A stretch of 64,000 nt of DNA from assembly GCA_964016885.1 (NCBI GenBank), contig OZ024751.1:43214001-43278000 (forward strand). Direction: 5' to 3'. The position numbers and the translations under genes are program-made. The DNA is from Eledone cirrhosa (Eukaryota). Shown here piece after piece: positions 1-14,185 of the stretch. How positions within the stretch are numbered: position 1 is the first letter of the stretch; every line of letters starts with the position of its first letter. A model generated the notes under the pieces. That model did no database searches, was not told the DNA's origin, and worked only from the letters and a program-made list of their open reading frames with translations.

Positions 1-394
1 TCCGCTAGTCTGGCAGAAACCTATCTTCTCTGCTTTCACTTCTAAAGAAAATAAACCATACGAGTTTATGTCTGTGCCTGTGTCTCTGTATGTGTGTGTA
101 TCCGTAGATATCTATGTATGTATGTGTGTGTGTGTAAATATAGTCATACATACATACACACACACTTATACACACAATGTGAGAAACTGACAAAAGAATA
201 CAATGTGAAAAGCGATAAAAAGATTTTCTTATGTATTTACACAAGTGTGTGAGTGTATATAATATACATATATATATATATAAGTATATGTATGTATGTA
301 TATATATATGTATATATATATATATACATATACCTTTTTATATATATATATATGTATATATAAAGTATATATATATACGTACACGCACACATAT

Positions 395-545
395 ATCATC
401 ATCATCATCATCATCATTTTACGTCCGCTTTTCCCTGCTTGCAAGGGTGGGACAGGAACTGATTCTGGCTAGATTTCTACAGCTGGATGCCCTTCCTAAC
501 ACCAACCTCATTTACAGTGAGTGCTGAGTGCTTTTTTGCCGTAGC
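395..545 (-). mobile_element. SINE/LINE-tail fragment ending in a (GAT)n tail
   Basis: Minus strand reads ggttggtgttaggaagggcatccagctgtagaaa ... ggacgtaaaatgatgatgat; typical retroposon 3' end with a short-repeat tail. Confidence 0.5.
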
Positions 546-599
546 ACCTCCACGACCACTTTGCAGTGGAATGATATGGATCCCAGTCCCTATCATCTC

Positions 600-703
600 A
601 TTTCAACAGCTGAGTAAACTGGAGCAATGTGAAATAAAGTGTCTTGCTCAAGGAAACAACACATCACCCGGTCTGAGAATTGAACTCACAACCTTTCGAT
701 TGC
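600..703 (-). mobile_element. tRNA-derived SINE family 2 fragment
   Basis: ggagcaatgtgaaataaagtgtcttgctcaagga motif recurs at ~14200 and ~53875; gaattgaactc is a reverse B-box-like motif. Confidence 0.65.
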
Positions 704-745
704 AAATAATAAAAAAAAATTATATATATATATATATATATATGC

Positions 746-794
<49 letters not shown>

Positions 795-1082
795 TATGTG
801 TATATATGTATGTATAGAGTGAAGAAATATTTCTAGCTAAATATTTAAACAGATCTTATATATGTTCCGTCTTCCTCATACAATGTCTCCTTTGTTGAGG
901 CAGTAGAGTTAAAAATGCCTCGTAAATTCAACACTTTTCACGCTTTCTCTAAACATTGCTTATGGGTGCTCCACCGACTCCGCTACATACTATATAAATA
1001 TGTGTGTATATGTATATATATATATATATATATGTGTGTATATATATATGTGTATATATATATATTTATATATATATATATA

Positions 1083-1274
1083 TAACAAAGGAATTATGGT
1101 AAGGAACCAGATGGACCATAAAGCACCAGAGTACTCAATACTTAGATTAGTAGAGTGGGAAATAGGAAAAAGTATGACCCCCGACGGCAGAGCTCAAGCC
1201 GTTTCGACGGCTATTTCTGGTCCAGAAATAGCCGTCGAAACGGCTTGAGCTCTGCCGTCGGGGTCATACTTTTT

Positions 1275-1280
<6 letters not shown>
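1083..1280. mobile_element. Fold-back Penelope-like (PLE) terminal fragment, family P1
   Basis: Inverted repeat ataggaaaaagtatgacccc...ctgg / ccag...ggggtcatactttttcctat inside (TA)n; homologous to 1860, 9532, 21263 and 32687. Confidence 0.6.
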
Positions 1281-1313
<33 letters not shown>

Positions 1314-1409
1314 CGTATATTTCTTATATATATATATATATATATATACGCGTACAGGCACACGCACATATACACGCATGCGCCCCACACACGTAGACAT
1401 ACACACGCC

Positions 1410-1459
<50 letters not shown>

Positions 1460-1859
1460 GCTGAATCATTGTAAAGCCATAACAAGTTATTGTATGAAAT
1501 TAAAAAAAGAAATTGACGTTTTAGTCCCCCCCCCCTCCCTCTACACCTCTTATTTGTTTTCTTTGCCATCCTTCGCTGTTATCAGAGACTGCCTGTCTGT
1601 CTGTCTGCCACACACATACACATACGTATACTCACATACACTGGCGCACACACACACACAACCACACATTGTCTCTCTTTCCCACACACTTTCTCTTTCT
1701 CCTTTCTGCTGGGTAATTTAATACAAATTATTATATATCCGTCTTATTTATAAGATTTATATCAATACATTTCATTGAATATATATATATATATATATAT
1801 ACATAGCAGCGATTCTTTACATACACACACACAGATATATATATATATATACACATATT

Positions 1860-2060
1860 ATAGGAAAAACTATGACCCCGACGGCAGAGCTCAAGCCGTT
1901 TCGACGGCTATTTCTGGAAGCGTTCAGAAATAGCCGTCGAAACGGCTTGAGCTCTGCCGTCGAGGTCATACTTTTTCCTATTTCCGACTCTACTACCCTA
2001 AGTATTGAGTACTCTGGTGCGTTTTGGTCCATCTGGTTCCTTACCACAATTCTTTGTTAT
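1860..2060. mobile_element. Fold-back PLE terminal fragment, family P1
   Basis: Same sequence as 1083-1280 in the opposite overall orientation; hairpin centred at ~1921. Confidence 0.6.
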
Positions 2061-2072
2061 ATATATATATAT

Positions 2073-2776
2073 AGTTGTAAGCTCTAATTCTTTTGAATTA
2101 TTGAGCGCTTGCCTCACAGTTCGAAAGTGTTTTTTCGTTATTTCATGGGCTGAAATTCGATTCTCGCTAATTTTTACTTGTATTAATCTCCAGAGTCTAG
2201 CTATTGGCCAGTTAATTTTATTGACTGCCGAATAGCTTTGTTATATTTAACCACTCTGTCGAGAGCTTCATTCGATTTGTGATATTTTGCATTTTCGCAA
2301 TATTATACACAGATGAATTCATTCGCCTAATTTAGGTGTTGCCTCCCTTGCTGAACCCCACGTGGGGTCAGTTACAGACATCTATGTGGTCTTTAGAACT
2401 GAATCCCGTTGATAACGACCCACTCCTAGTTCAGTCAGGATACGAGAAACTTAACATCCTTTATGTAAGTGGACAGTAAATGACTTATGGAGTCGCAGAA
2501 ACCCCAACACTGGACTTTACCATCATTCCAGGGGTCCGGTGAGTATAAAACATTTATGCTTTCATATATTTTTATATCTGTATATCTGTTTCACCCGAAA
2601 TAGGAGATCGAATCTTCGCTGTGTGGATAATTAGTTTAACCACCATCTCAGTGTGTTTGGCCTTTAACGTAAGTTGTAAGCTCTAATTCTTTTGAATTAT
2701 TGAGCGCTTGCCTCACAATTCGAAAGTGTTTTTTCGTTATTTCATAGGCTGAAATTCGATTCTCGCTAATTTTTAC

Positions 2777-2778
<2 letters not shown>
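2073..2778. repeat. ~600-bp element with ~107-bp terminal direct repeats (pLTR-plus-tail-like)
   Basis: agttgtaagctctaattc...gctaatttttactt occurs at 2073-2179 and 2672-2778; microsatellites on both sides. Confidence 0.6.
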
Positions 2779-2809
<31 letters not shown>

Positions 2810-3235
2810 AAAGGTAAACAGAAATAACACAATCGGTACAGTATATGGAAGGGATATATTAGGCTAACGCTTGATATAGCAGGAAGAGGGTCTTAACGTT
2901 TCGGACGCTAGTCCTTTATCCGAAGAAAGAATGAGAAATAAGATAGATTGAGGGGACGGATGGGTTGGAATTGTAAAAAATGTTTTTAGATAAAAATAAC
3001 AGGTCCATTCATGTTGGCATCTCTATATATTCTCTAATTTCTGAGTACAACTTATATTATAGATACAACCCTCCCCATTTATATATATATATATGGGGTG
3101 GGGGTGTATCTATAATATAAAAGAAAGCTGTCCAAGTGGTACTCAGGAATTAGAGAAGGAGCACCCACAAAAATATATTATGGAAGTAATGTAAAGACTC
3201 AATCTTCTGATTGCAACGATGCAACTGAGTGCTAA

Positions 3236-3311
3236 GGTGCCACTCTGCGAGATTGAACCCCAAATCAAACGGCTGTGATGAAGAATTCCTTTACCAGACA
3301 GCTATATGAGC
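3236..3311 (-). mobile_element. tRNA-derived segment (not a functional tRNA)
   Basis: Minus strand has an A-box-like tagctgtctgg and a B-box-like ggttcaatctc; its head is duplicated in inverted form at 3315-3335. Confidence 0.45.
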
Positions 3312-3954
3312 TGGCATAGCTATCTGGTAAAGGGTTCTGTCCCGTTGCATTGTGTAATCAGAAGCTGGAGTTTTGACGACAATGTCGTTTAGAGGTTCTT
3401 CTGGAAAGGAGGGTGTTATATACAAGCCGGTAGCCTTCATGTGAATGTTGCAACAGATAACAACTCGTGTATTAGACGATGGTATTACACCAGGGGGCGG
3501 ATCGAGTAATCAACCCCTACCACCAAAAAAAAAAAAAGAAACATTTTTCTATCGCCCAGCTTCAATTTTTGGGGGGTAATACTCTTTTTATTACCTGTTT
3601 GTTTATTTAATTTTTTTTTCAAATATTTCAGTTTTTAATTTTTTTTATTTAATTTTCAATTTTTAAAATATTAAAAGAAAAAATTTTTTTTTCAAAACAT
3701 TAACCAAAGAACAAAAAGCAAAGTAAAATCTCAAATAACGACACACAGACTTGTTGGTTGTTTAGTAATTAATTATATTTCAACACGAGTTAAGTGTTAT
3801 AAATAAACATTTTGTTGTGTTTAGCTGGAGTGTAGTTTAGGCGCCGGGTTTTATATAAATTTAAACCTTGATATATTTAAACATTAGTTTGACGTTATAT
3901 AAATTTAAATCTTTTTTTCATATTATAGAAATATCTACTCCTAGTTATATTCTA

Positions 3955-4085
3955 TTGACCCCCAGAAGGATGAAAGCTGAGATTGACCTTGGCGGAATTT
4001 GAACTTAGAATATAAACAGCTAGAACAAATATCGCAATGGCATGGCACAGTTTTTCCGACGCTCTGCCAATTTTGTCAATTCAAC
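3955..4085 (-). mobile_element. tRNA-derived SINE family 1 (diverged)
   Basis: gacccc...ggatgaaag...ttgaccttggcggaatttgaact matches the family consensus seen at 59761. Confidence 0.7.
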
Positions 4086-4290
4086 GCACCATCCTTCTTG
4101 TTATATTGAATACAAGTTTGCTATTATATAATTTTCACTCCACGTTACATTGAACAGAAGTTGAGTTCCTTGTTATATTTAACAAAATGTGGATGTTACA
4201 TAAATCTACATGTTTCATATTGATTATATAAATAATGTAGTTTTAGAACTGTTGACGATAGGAAATTTTCGAATTTGAAAGTTAGAAACA

Positions 4291-4483
4291 CAGACCTGTC
4301 AAATCTCCCAGTCGGACGGGGATATCTCCCACCCACTTTGAGTTGGGTGGGAGATGTCTTCTCTTGTGAAAATGAGTATAGCTTTCATTATGTAAACTCT
4401 CCCCATTTTGCCTCTTTTCTCCCCGTTTTGGAACATTTTTTTTCATGGGTTTGGGTTTGGGTTTTTAGAGGTTGACAGGTCTG
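4291..4483. mobile_element. MITE (hAT-like termini)
   Basis: Perfect 12-bp TIRs CAGACCTGTCAA / TTGACAGGTCTG; no clear TSD. Confidence 0.6.
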
Positions 4484-4524
4484 AAATCATCAACGTTGTT
4501 TGACTATGAAATATAGTGTAATAA

Positions 4525-4685
4525 ATGTTTCTACTTTTAGCACAAGGCCAGCAATTATTTCAGTGCATTACTGGTACTTTATTTTATCGACCCCGTAAGG
4601 ATGAAAGGCAAAGTCAACCTCAGCGGGATTTGAACTCAGACCGTAAAGGGCCGTAACTCTATGCTGCAAAACATGGCGTCCGAAC
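4525..4685 (-). mobile_element. tRNA-derived SINE family 1
   Basis: ctggtactttattttatcgaccccgtaaggatgaaaggcaaagtcaacctc...gatttgaactcaga. Confidence 0.8.
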
Positions 4686-5236
4686 GTGTAATAATAAGTT
4701 AGCTATATAAACCTTTAAGTGCTGCTGTACATTTCTTTTTTTCCGTCTCCAGGGATTATATTTTACTATTTCTCAGCCAAACAATGTTGATTATTTTTCT
4801 AACTTTCAAATTGAAAAGATGACACAATTAGGAATGTCTCTCCAAACAGAATGATGCTGTTTTCCTCTTCCAATTTGTTTTTTCTCTCACCTTCCATCTC
4901 TTAATATTTTAATAATTACATTTATCATATCAAATATTTCGTATCTTCATCGTTCTTTTAACTCTTATCTTTTATCCCTTATGTCATTGTTACATCGTTC
5001 GGAAAGCTGCCATTTTTTAATCTCTGTATTATCCATATATATATTTCTTCTCTGTGTGCTTTTGAGCCGTTTTAGCTGACTGAACCCGTTTTTTTTTTTT
5101 TAATCCTTTCTTTTGTTTAAACGTATATATTCTCTGTTATTCTTTCGTCCAAATTATATTTACTAAGACTTATCTTAATGATAGTTAGATTTTTTTTTTT
5201 TATACAATACATAAATTCTCCTGGTAGTTCTTATAT

Positions 5237-5767
5237 AAACATCTATAAATACTGTAGTGTTATGTTGAGTGTATAGTTGTGTTCTCCAGTTTTAAACATC
5301 TATAAATACTGTAGTGTTGTGTTGAGTGTATAGTTGTGTTCTCCAGTTTTATACGTCTATGGATATTATAGTTTTGTGTTGAGTGTATAGTTGTGTTCTC
5401 CAGTTTTATACGTCTATAAATACTGTAGTGTTATGTTGAGTGTATAGTTGTGTTCTCCCGTTTTAAACATCTATAAATACTGTAGTGTTATGTTGAGTGT
5501 ATAGTTGTGTTCTCCAGTTTTAAACATCTATAAATAGTGTAGTGTTGTGTTGAGTGTATAGTTGTGTTCTCCAGTTTTATACGTCTATGGATATTATAGT
5601 GTTGTATGTAGCAGTGTTTAGTGTATAGTCGTGTTCTCCAGTTTTAAACATCTATAAATAGTGTAGTGTTGTGTTAAGTGTATAGTTGTGTTCTCCAGTT
5701 TTATACGTCTATGGATATTATGGTGTTGTATGTAGCAATGTTGAGTGTATAGTTGTGTTCTCCAGTT
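5237..5767. repeat. 57-bp minisatellite, ~9 units
   Basis: Unit aaacatctataaatactgtagtgttatgttgagtgtatagttgtgttctccagtttt starts at 5237, 5294, ...; two interspersed variants. Confidence 0.9.
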
Positions 5768-6734
5768 GTAGAAACCAGTTTTGAACCAGAGCGTGTTTGT
5801 GTGTGGTTGTTGCAGAGTTTGTTAATTCAAATTCATATATAAAATCATTGTAATCTTCCAGGAGTTGCGACCAATAGATAGTATCAGTAATTGGAAAGAC
5901 CAATGGAAACAACGTTTCCTTGGTCCGATCTGACGAGTTTCATCTCAGCCGGGAAACGAATGAGATCTGGGGATCTTATCGATTCGGAAAAAAAAAATCA
6001 AATTAACTTGTCATCATGTTCTGGTCGTGTTTCTGAGTTAGAAGAGTTCGATGGCGTATGTTTCAGAAATGCTTTCTAAATATTCTGGAGGAACAGGTCG
6101 AAGTTTTGCTAGTAAATACTTTTCGTTTCTTTAATACAAATAAACTGACTTTGAATTATTTTTTCCTAATAGAGACAAGCGAAATTTTCTTTTCTGTAAC
6201 AATAAATGATTTTTGGATTATATGCCGGTTTAGCTACTTCAACCAGATCACCCAGGTCGGCAAAATCACCAATATATGAATCATCGTCTTCCTGTTTGGA
6301 AATACAAAAAGATAGCAAAACACGGTGGACAAATCTTTTGAATTTACTTGGCATATTGTCAAGTAATTAATTCAACAAGATATATATATTTATATATATT
6401 AACTATTTCAAAACAATCAACTAATAGGTTATATAATATCAACTACCAACCAGAGTTTGATTTGCAACGACAGTGGAATAGGTGAGAGATTTGAAGAGTA
6501 TAAAAACATATGTTCCTGACATATTTCTTGATACGTCATTTTTGGTTTGTTGATTATGACGTGCTGGTCTCTGATCAACTCCGGTGGCTTGCTAGAATAG
6601 GGAAGAAGTTGGACAATATATTTGAGTTCAAATCCCAGCTAGGAAAATTTTGCCATATTTTTTACATATTTTCGGGGGTCGGTAAATAAGATATTAGTCC
6701 ATGACCCCCCCCCCCCCCTCTCTCTCTCTCTCTC

Positions 6735-9531
<2,797 letters not shown>

Positions 9532-9667
9532 TAACAAAGGAAATGTGGTAAGGAACCAGGTGGACCATAACGCACCAAAGTACTCAATACTTAGGGTAGT
9601 AGAGTGGGTAATAGGAACAAGTAAGACCCCGACGGCTGAGCTCAAGCCGTTTCGACGGCTAATTCTG
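9532..9667 (-). mobile_element. PLE terminal fragment, family P1
   Basis: Homologous to 1083-1220; no fold-back. Confidence 0.6.
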
Positions 9668-9703
9668 TATATTTATATATTTATATATATTTATATATAT
9701 ATA

Positions 9704-9758
<55 letters not shown>

Positions 9759-9762
9759 ATAT

Positions 9763-9925
9763 AGTAATAATAATAAATTTGAAGACTAAAATCCAAAGAG
9801 GGCTCGATAAGGATAAATATATATCAAATATATAAGAACCGTAGAGCAAATATTTATTAAAATAACAGATTAAAGTTTAAGCAAAGAATCGCTGCTTTCA
9901 CCCTTAACGGGATCTTCTGAAACTA
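9763..9925 (-). mobile_element. Microsatellite-embedded repeat family P2 (PLE-like terminus)
   Basis: Sequence shared with 27794-27902, 36400-36445 and 63695-63765; minus strand has CAGAAGA-stem-GAAA. Confidence 0.5.
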
Positions 9926-9929
9926 ACTA

Positions 9930-10004
<75 letters not shown>

Positions 10005-10077
10005 AAATATATATATATAAAATATATATATATAAAATATATATATATAATATATATATATATATATAATATATAAT

Positions 10078-10128
<51 letters not shown>

Positions 10129-10325
10129 AAAATTGACAAACACAGAGATACAAAAACAATTAGTTTTATTAGGTTCACGCTTTGGACGTCTCGTACATTA
10201 GTCGTTCATTAGGAGTACAAAAGTTCGTATACATATGTATATGTATGTATATGTATATATATATATATATATATGTATGTATATGTATATGTATATGTAT
10301 ATATGTATATGTATATATATATATA

Positions 10326-10723
10326 TGGTGGCTGCCAACTCGTTTTCGAGTACGGCCACTACTTTATATCCATGAAGGAGAACCCCTACCGATGCGCTGA
10401 ACAAGTGTGGCTTTTTAGTCCAGCCAGCGACTTGAAAACTCTGGTACAAACACTACACTTGTGACAATTATTGACACATAGTGCTGGGCCCATGGCACCA
10501 TGTGACGACAAGTGCAGAGAGATCTCCAGATATAAAGCAATGCCTGTGCCGTGAAGCTTTTATAGTGAGCAAAGGCACTGCACAAAGCCAGTCCCACTCT
10601 CTTACCCAAGATGATATTTACCAAAAAGAAGAACAAGTCAACATCATTGGATACCATCAGAGAGATGACCCCTTAGCCATTGTCAAGGCAGAATTCTAGG
10701 AGAAGGAAAACTCTGATATAACA
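10326..10723 (-). mobile_element. ~610-bp element copy A: 5'-truncated, with 5' inversion
   Basis: 10326-10660 is colinear with copies C/D; 10661-10723 is the reverse complement of the adjoining segment. Confidence 0.85.
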
Positions 10724-10979
10724 TATATATATACATATATATATATATGCACACACACACACACACACAACACAACACACACACAGAAACAAAATGGCGT
10801 AGGACAGAACAAAGGAGAGGCACAGAAACAAAGAAAGGAATCCCCAGTCACTGAAGAGGTCACAGAGTGTGTGACGAAAGAACTATGACTATATATAAAC
10901 AACTATCTGCTTGTGGAACCAACCAACCAACCAGAAATTTATAAATTTATAAATATATAATAAATTGAAGTGAAAGCAA

Positions 10980-11088
10980 CTGGTGCGTGTGTTTCTTATT
11001 GGCAACATGACCCTCCCAAAGTATAACAATATCGGTTTCAACACACGATTTCAGATAAAGAATCTTGCTAAACAAATTCAGAAACGAT
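10980..11088. mobile_element. Repeat family P3 fragment
   Basis: Reverse complement of 18974-19075; related sequence at ~28000-28065. Confidence 0.55.
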
Positions 11089-11450
11089 ATATATATATAT
11101 ATATATGATTTTTAATACAATGAAATATCTATGATCGTCGGCAAATCACTGATGAGGGACTTATATTATTTTATTACATGTTATCCATGTGCAACCAGCA
11201 GTATTCTTCTCCCCATTTTTTCATATATATATATATATATATCTTGGTTGTTTGTTGTTGCTGTCTTCTGTATGAGACTCACACGCTGTCTGTTGTTTGT
11301 TCGCCGCGCTGCTTCTTAAATCACAGAATTCAATTCTTGTAACACTGAGTGAGGTTAGTACCATCTGAAATAAATCGACTTGTGTTGTCTTCATGCATGT
11401 GCGACTTCCATAAATTCTTTAACTATATACCATATATATATATGTATGTG

Positions 11451-11485
<35 letters not shown>

Positions 11486-11899
11486 ATATATATATGGAGT
11501 CGTATCAGTGAAAACGCGACACAAGTGAGATGTATAAGCTTACACTATTCTTTTCTTTTTTTTCTTTTTCTTCTTTTTCTTATTCTTTTTTCTTTAGTGT
11601 TGTTTGTGAAGTTATTGGTTGAGCTGATGAAATTGAATCTGAGTGAAGAAAGTTGAGAGATGACAGGCTGAAATGTATAAATTTGATCTCTATTTAGAGA
11701 AACACACCCTACCAATTATCTAGTTCTTTATATCATTGTAGTTAAGTTTGTTTCTTTCCATCACGGCCGCCTTAGTTGTAGGCATGTTAAAACTTTCAAA
11801 GAGTTAATTCTGTTGTGTTGACGGAGTAAAAATACTGGGTTTTCCTCTCTATTAAATTTCTATTATAATCCCCACTTCACACAGCAAAGGTGTGTAACC

Positions 11900-12075
11900 T
11901 AGGCATCCCCCCTTACCATCCTCCGGGGAAACGCCTTCTCCATTCTGTCCACCGGGGCTGTGGGGGGAGGCCAGCACGTGGGACCCCATTTGCTCACCAT
12001 ACGGAGAGATGGGAAGGGCGAGAGAGTTGGAAGCGATGACAGTGGGAGTTCGGCTCTTCCACGTTCGGGCCATAA
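11900..12075 (+). mobile_element. 3' fragment of a CRE/RLE-type non-LTR retrotransposon
   Basis: Plus frame reads GIPLTILRGNAFSIL, resembling the C-terminal RGNA motif of RLE-bearing CRE-like elements; GC-rich island. Confidence 0.45.
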
Positions 12076-12119
12076 TCTTGTGGTTGTGGTTGTGTTCATT
12101 GACTATTATTATTATGAAT

Positions 12120-12535
12120 GGTGGTGGATTGGCAGTATCGGGGGAGGGTCGGGCGCCATGCTTTGACGTATAGAGTTACGGCCCTTGCCATTCTGAGTCC
12201 AAATCCCGCCGAGGTTAACTTTGCCTTTCATCCTTACGGGGTCGATAAAATAAAAGTACCAGTTATGAACTGGGTAATTGCTGGCCTTGTGCCAAAAGTA
12301 GAAACAATTATGAATGGTGGTCGATTGGCAGTATCGGTAGAGGGACGGACGCCATGCTTTGTAGCATAGTTACGTCCCTTTATGATCTGAGATCAAATCC
12401 CGCCGAGGTTAACTTTGCCTTCCATCCTTACGGGGTCGATAAAATAAAGTACCAGTCACGCACTGAGGTCGATTTAATCGTCTTCTCCCTCCCTCAAAAT
12501 ATGCTGGCCTTGTGCCTGTATAAGAAACCATTATT
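12120..12535 (+). mobile_element. Two tandem SINE family 1 copies
   Basis: ggcagtatcgg...aaatcccgccgaggttaactttgcc...ccttacggggtcgataaaataaa occurs twice. Confidence 0.85.
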
Positions 12536-12559
12536 ATGAATGGTAAAAGCATTTTCTAG

Positions 12560-12665
12560 GAACCTAGTGTTTATGGTGTTGGGTTCACGATTATAAGGTC
12601 ATGGGTTCGATTCTTGGACAGGTCGTCTTAGCGTTGAGTTCTTTAGCCAGACACTTCATTTCAAG
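12560..12665 (+). mobile_element. SINE family 2 head
   Basis: A-box-like cctagtgtttatgg and B-box ggttcgattc. Confidence 0.5.
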
Positions 12666-12891
12666 TCCCTTGTCAGAATAAATCTTTCAGTCCAGCAGAT
12701 ACCCGATTCAGAATCGATAAATAATTCTAAGGCTTGGAACATCTTTTATCAATTTTGACATCCATTGTCCTAGCCATCCCAGTATTCTTTACAAAACCGT
12801 CAACCATTTCACAACCTAATTTTATTTGAACTAATATATATATATATATTTGCTTTATATATATATATGTATATATATGTATATATATATG

Positions 12892-12922
<31 letters not shown>

Positions 12923-12941
12923 GTGTATATATATGTATATA

Positions 12942-12988
<47 letters not shown>

Positions 12989-13035
12989 GTATATGTATAT
13001 ATATATGTGTATATGTATATGTATATATATATGTG

Positions 13036-13082
<47 letters not shown>

Positions 13083-13148
13083 GTATATATATATATACAT
13101 ATACACACACGCATACACACGCGCGCGCACACACACACACTCCCCCCC

Positions 13149-13205
<57 letters not shown>

Positions 13206-13454
13206 TCCCCAAATGATGATCTTTCCATTAAATACCAACGAAACAGTAACATAGAAATATATTTTACACCAGTTTTTTATTTTCTTAACTCTGCATTAAA
13301 TAGCTTTTTACTTTTTGTTTCAACATATTTTTTTAAAGTCATTGTCTGTGTTATTTCCGCTGTTAAATAACTTCAATTACCTCCACAGTTGGGTATGTCG
13401 GGAAAGAAAGGGAAAAAAATTGTTGTTGTTGTTATTGTTGCTGTTGTTATTAGA

Positions 13455-13650
13455 GTTTGGGATTGACAGAATTATCAGAGTCTCCGACAAAATACCTTGC
13501 GGTATTTATTCAGTTTTTTTTTTTTTTTTTTTTTTGTATTTTTTTTGTACGTTAAGTTCAAGGCCAGCTAAGGTCAACTTTGCCTTTCATCCTTCCGAGT
13601 TCGATAAAATAAAGTACCAGTCATGTAATGGGATTGATTTAGTCAACTTT
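13455..13650 (+). mobile_element. SINE family 1 (diverged)
   Basis: aggtcaactttgcctttcatcc...gataaaataaagtaccagt. Confidence 0.7.
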
Positions 13651-13894
13651 GCTCTGTATAGTATAGCAGCCCTTCTTCTCCCTTGCTCTAGGCCAAAAGC
13701 CCAATCACCCTCCCCCTTCACCCCTCCCCTCTCTTCTACGACACCAGAGTTCTTCCCATCTCCTCCCCCTTCCCGTTCTTTTTTCTTTTTTTCTCTTTTT
13801 TCTCCATATTTTCCTATTCTTTTTTTCTTTTCTTTCCTTTTCTTTTTTTTTTTTATTATTGCTGTTATTATAGTTGTAGTTATTATTCTCCAAG

Positions 13895-14185
13895 GGAGAT
13901 AACATAGATGATTTCCGGCCCATAATTCTGCTAAACACAGAGTTGAAGATTTTGGCCAAGAGTGCGAGCAAAGGTTGGCGCTTGTCGTCGGTGGTCTGGT
14001 GGGAGAGGCGCCATTTCAGACAGATCCATTCACGACAACCCCCACCTTATGCGACACATCGTGGAGAGGGTAGCTGGGGCACAAAAGTTTGTTGAAAGGT
14101 GGGTGAGAGAGGCAAGAGGGGCCCGTGTGAATGGGTCTACCCTGGGCGTGTGCCTGTTGTATCGTAGGAGGAAAACTGGAAGTGG
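13895..14185 (+). mobile_element. Internally deleted Tx1/L1-clade LINE remnant
   Basis: DNIDDFRPIILLNTELKILAK and RSIHDNPHLMR (RT start) are joined directly to the C-terminal FVERWVREARGARVNG also seen at ~17400. Confidence 0.7.

Noticed and set aside
4446-4463. Telomere-like TTTGGG repeats
   Set aside because: Only ~3 units, internal to a MITE.
11128-11165. CTGATGAG hammerhead half-core (also at 16620)
   Set aside because: No matching stem II/GAAA partner found downstream.
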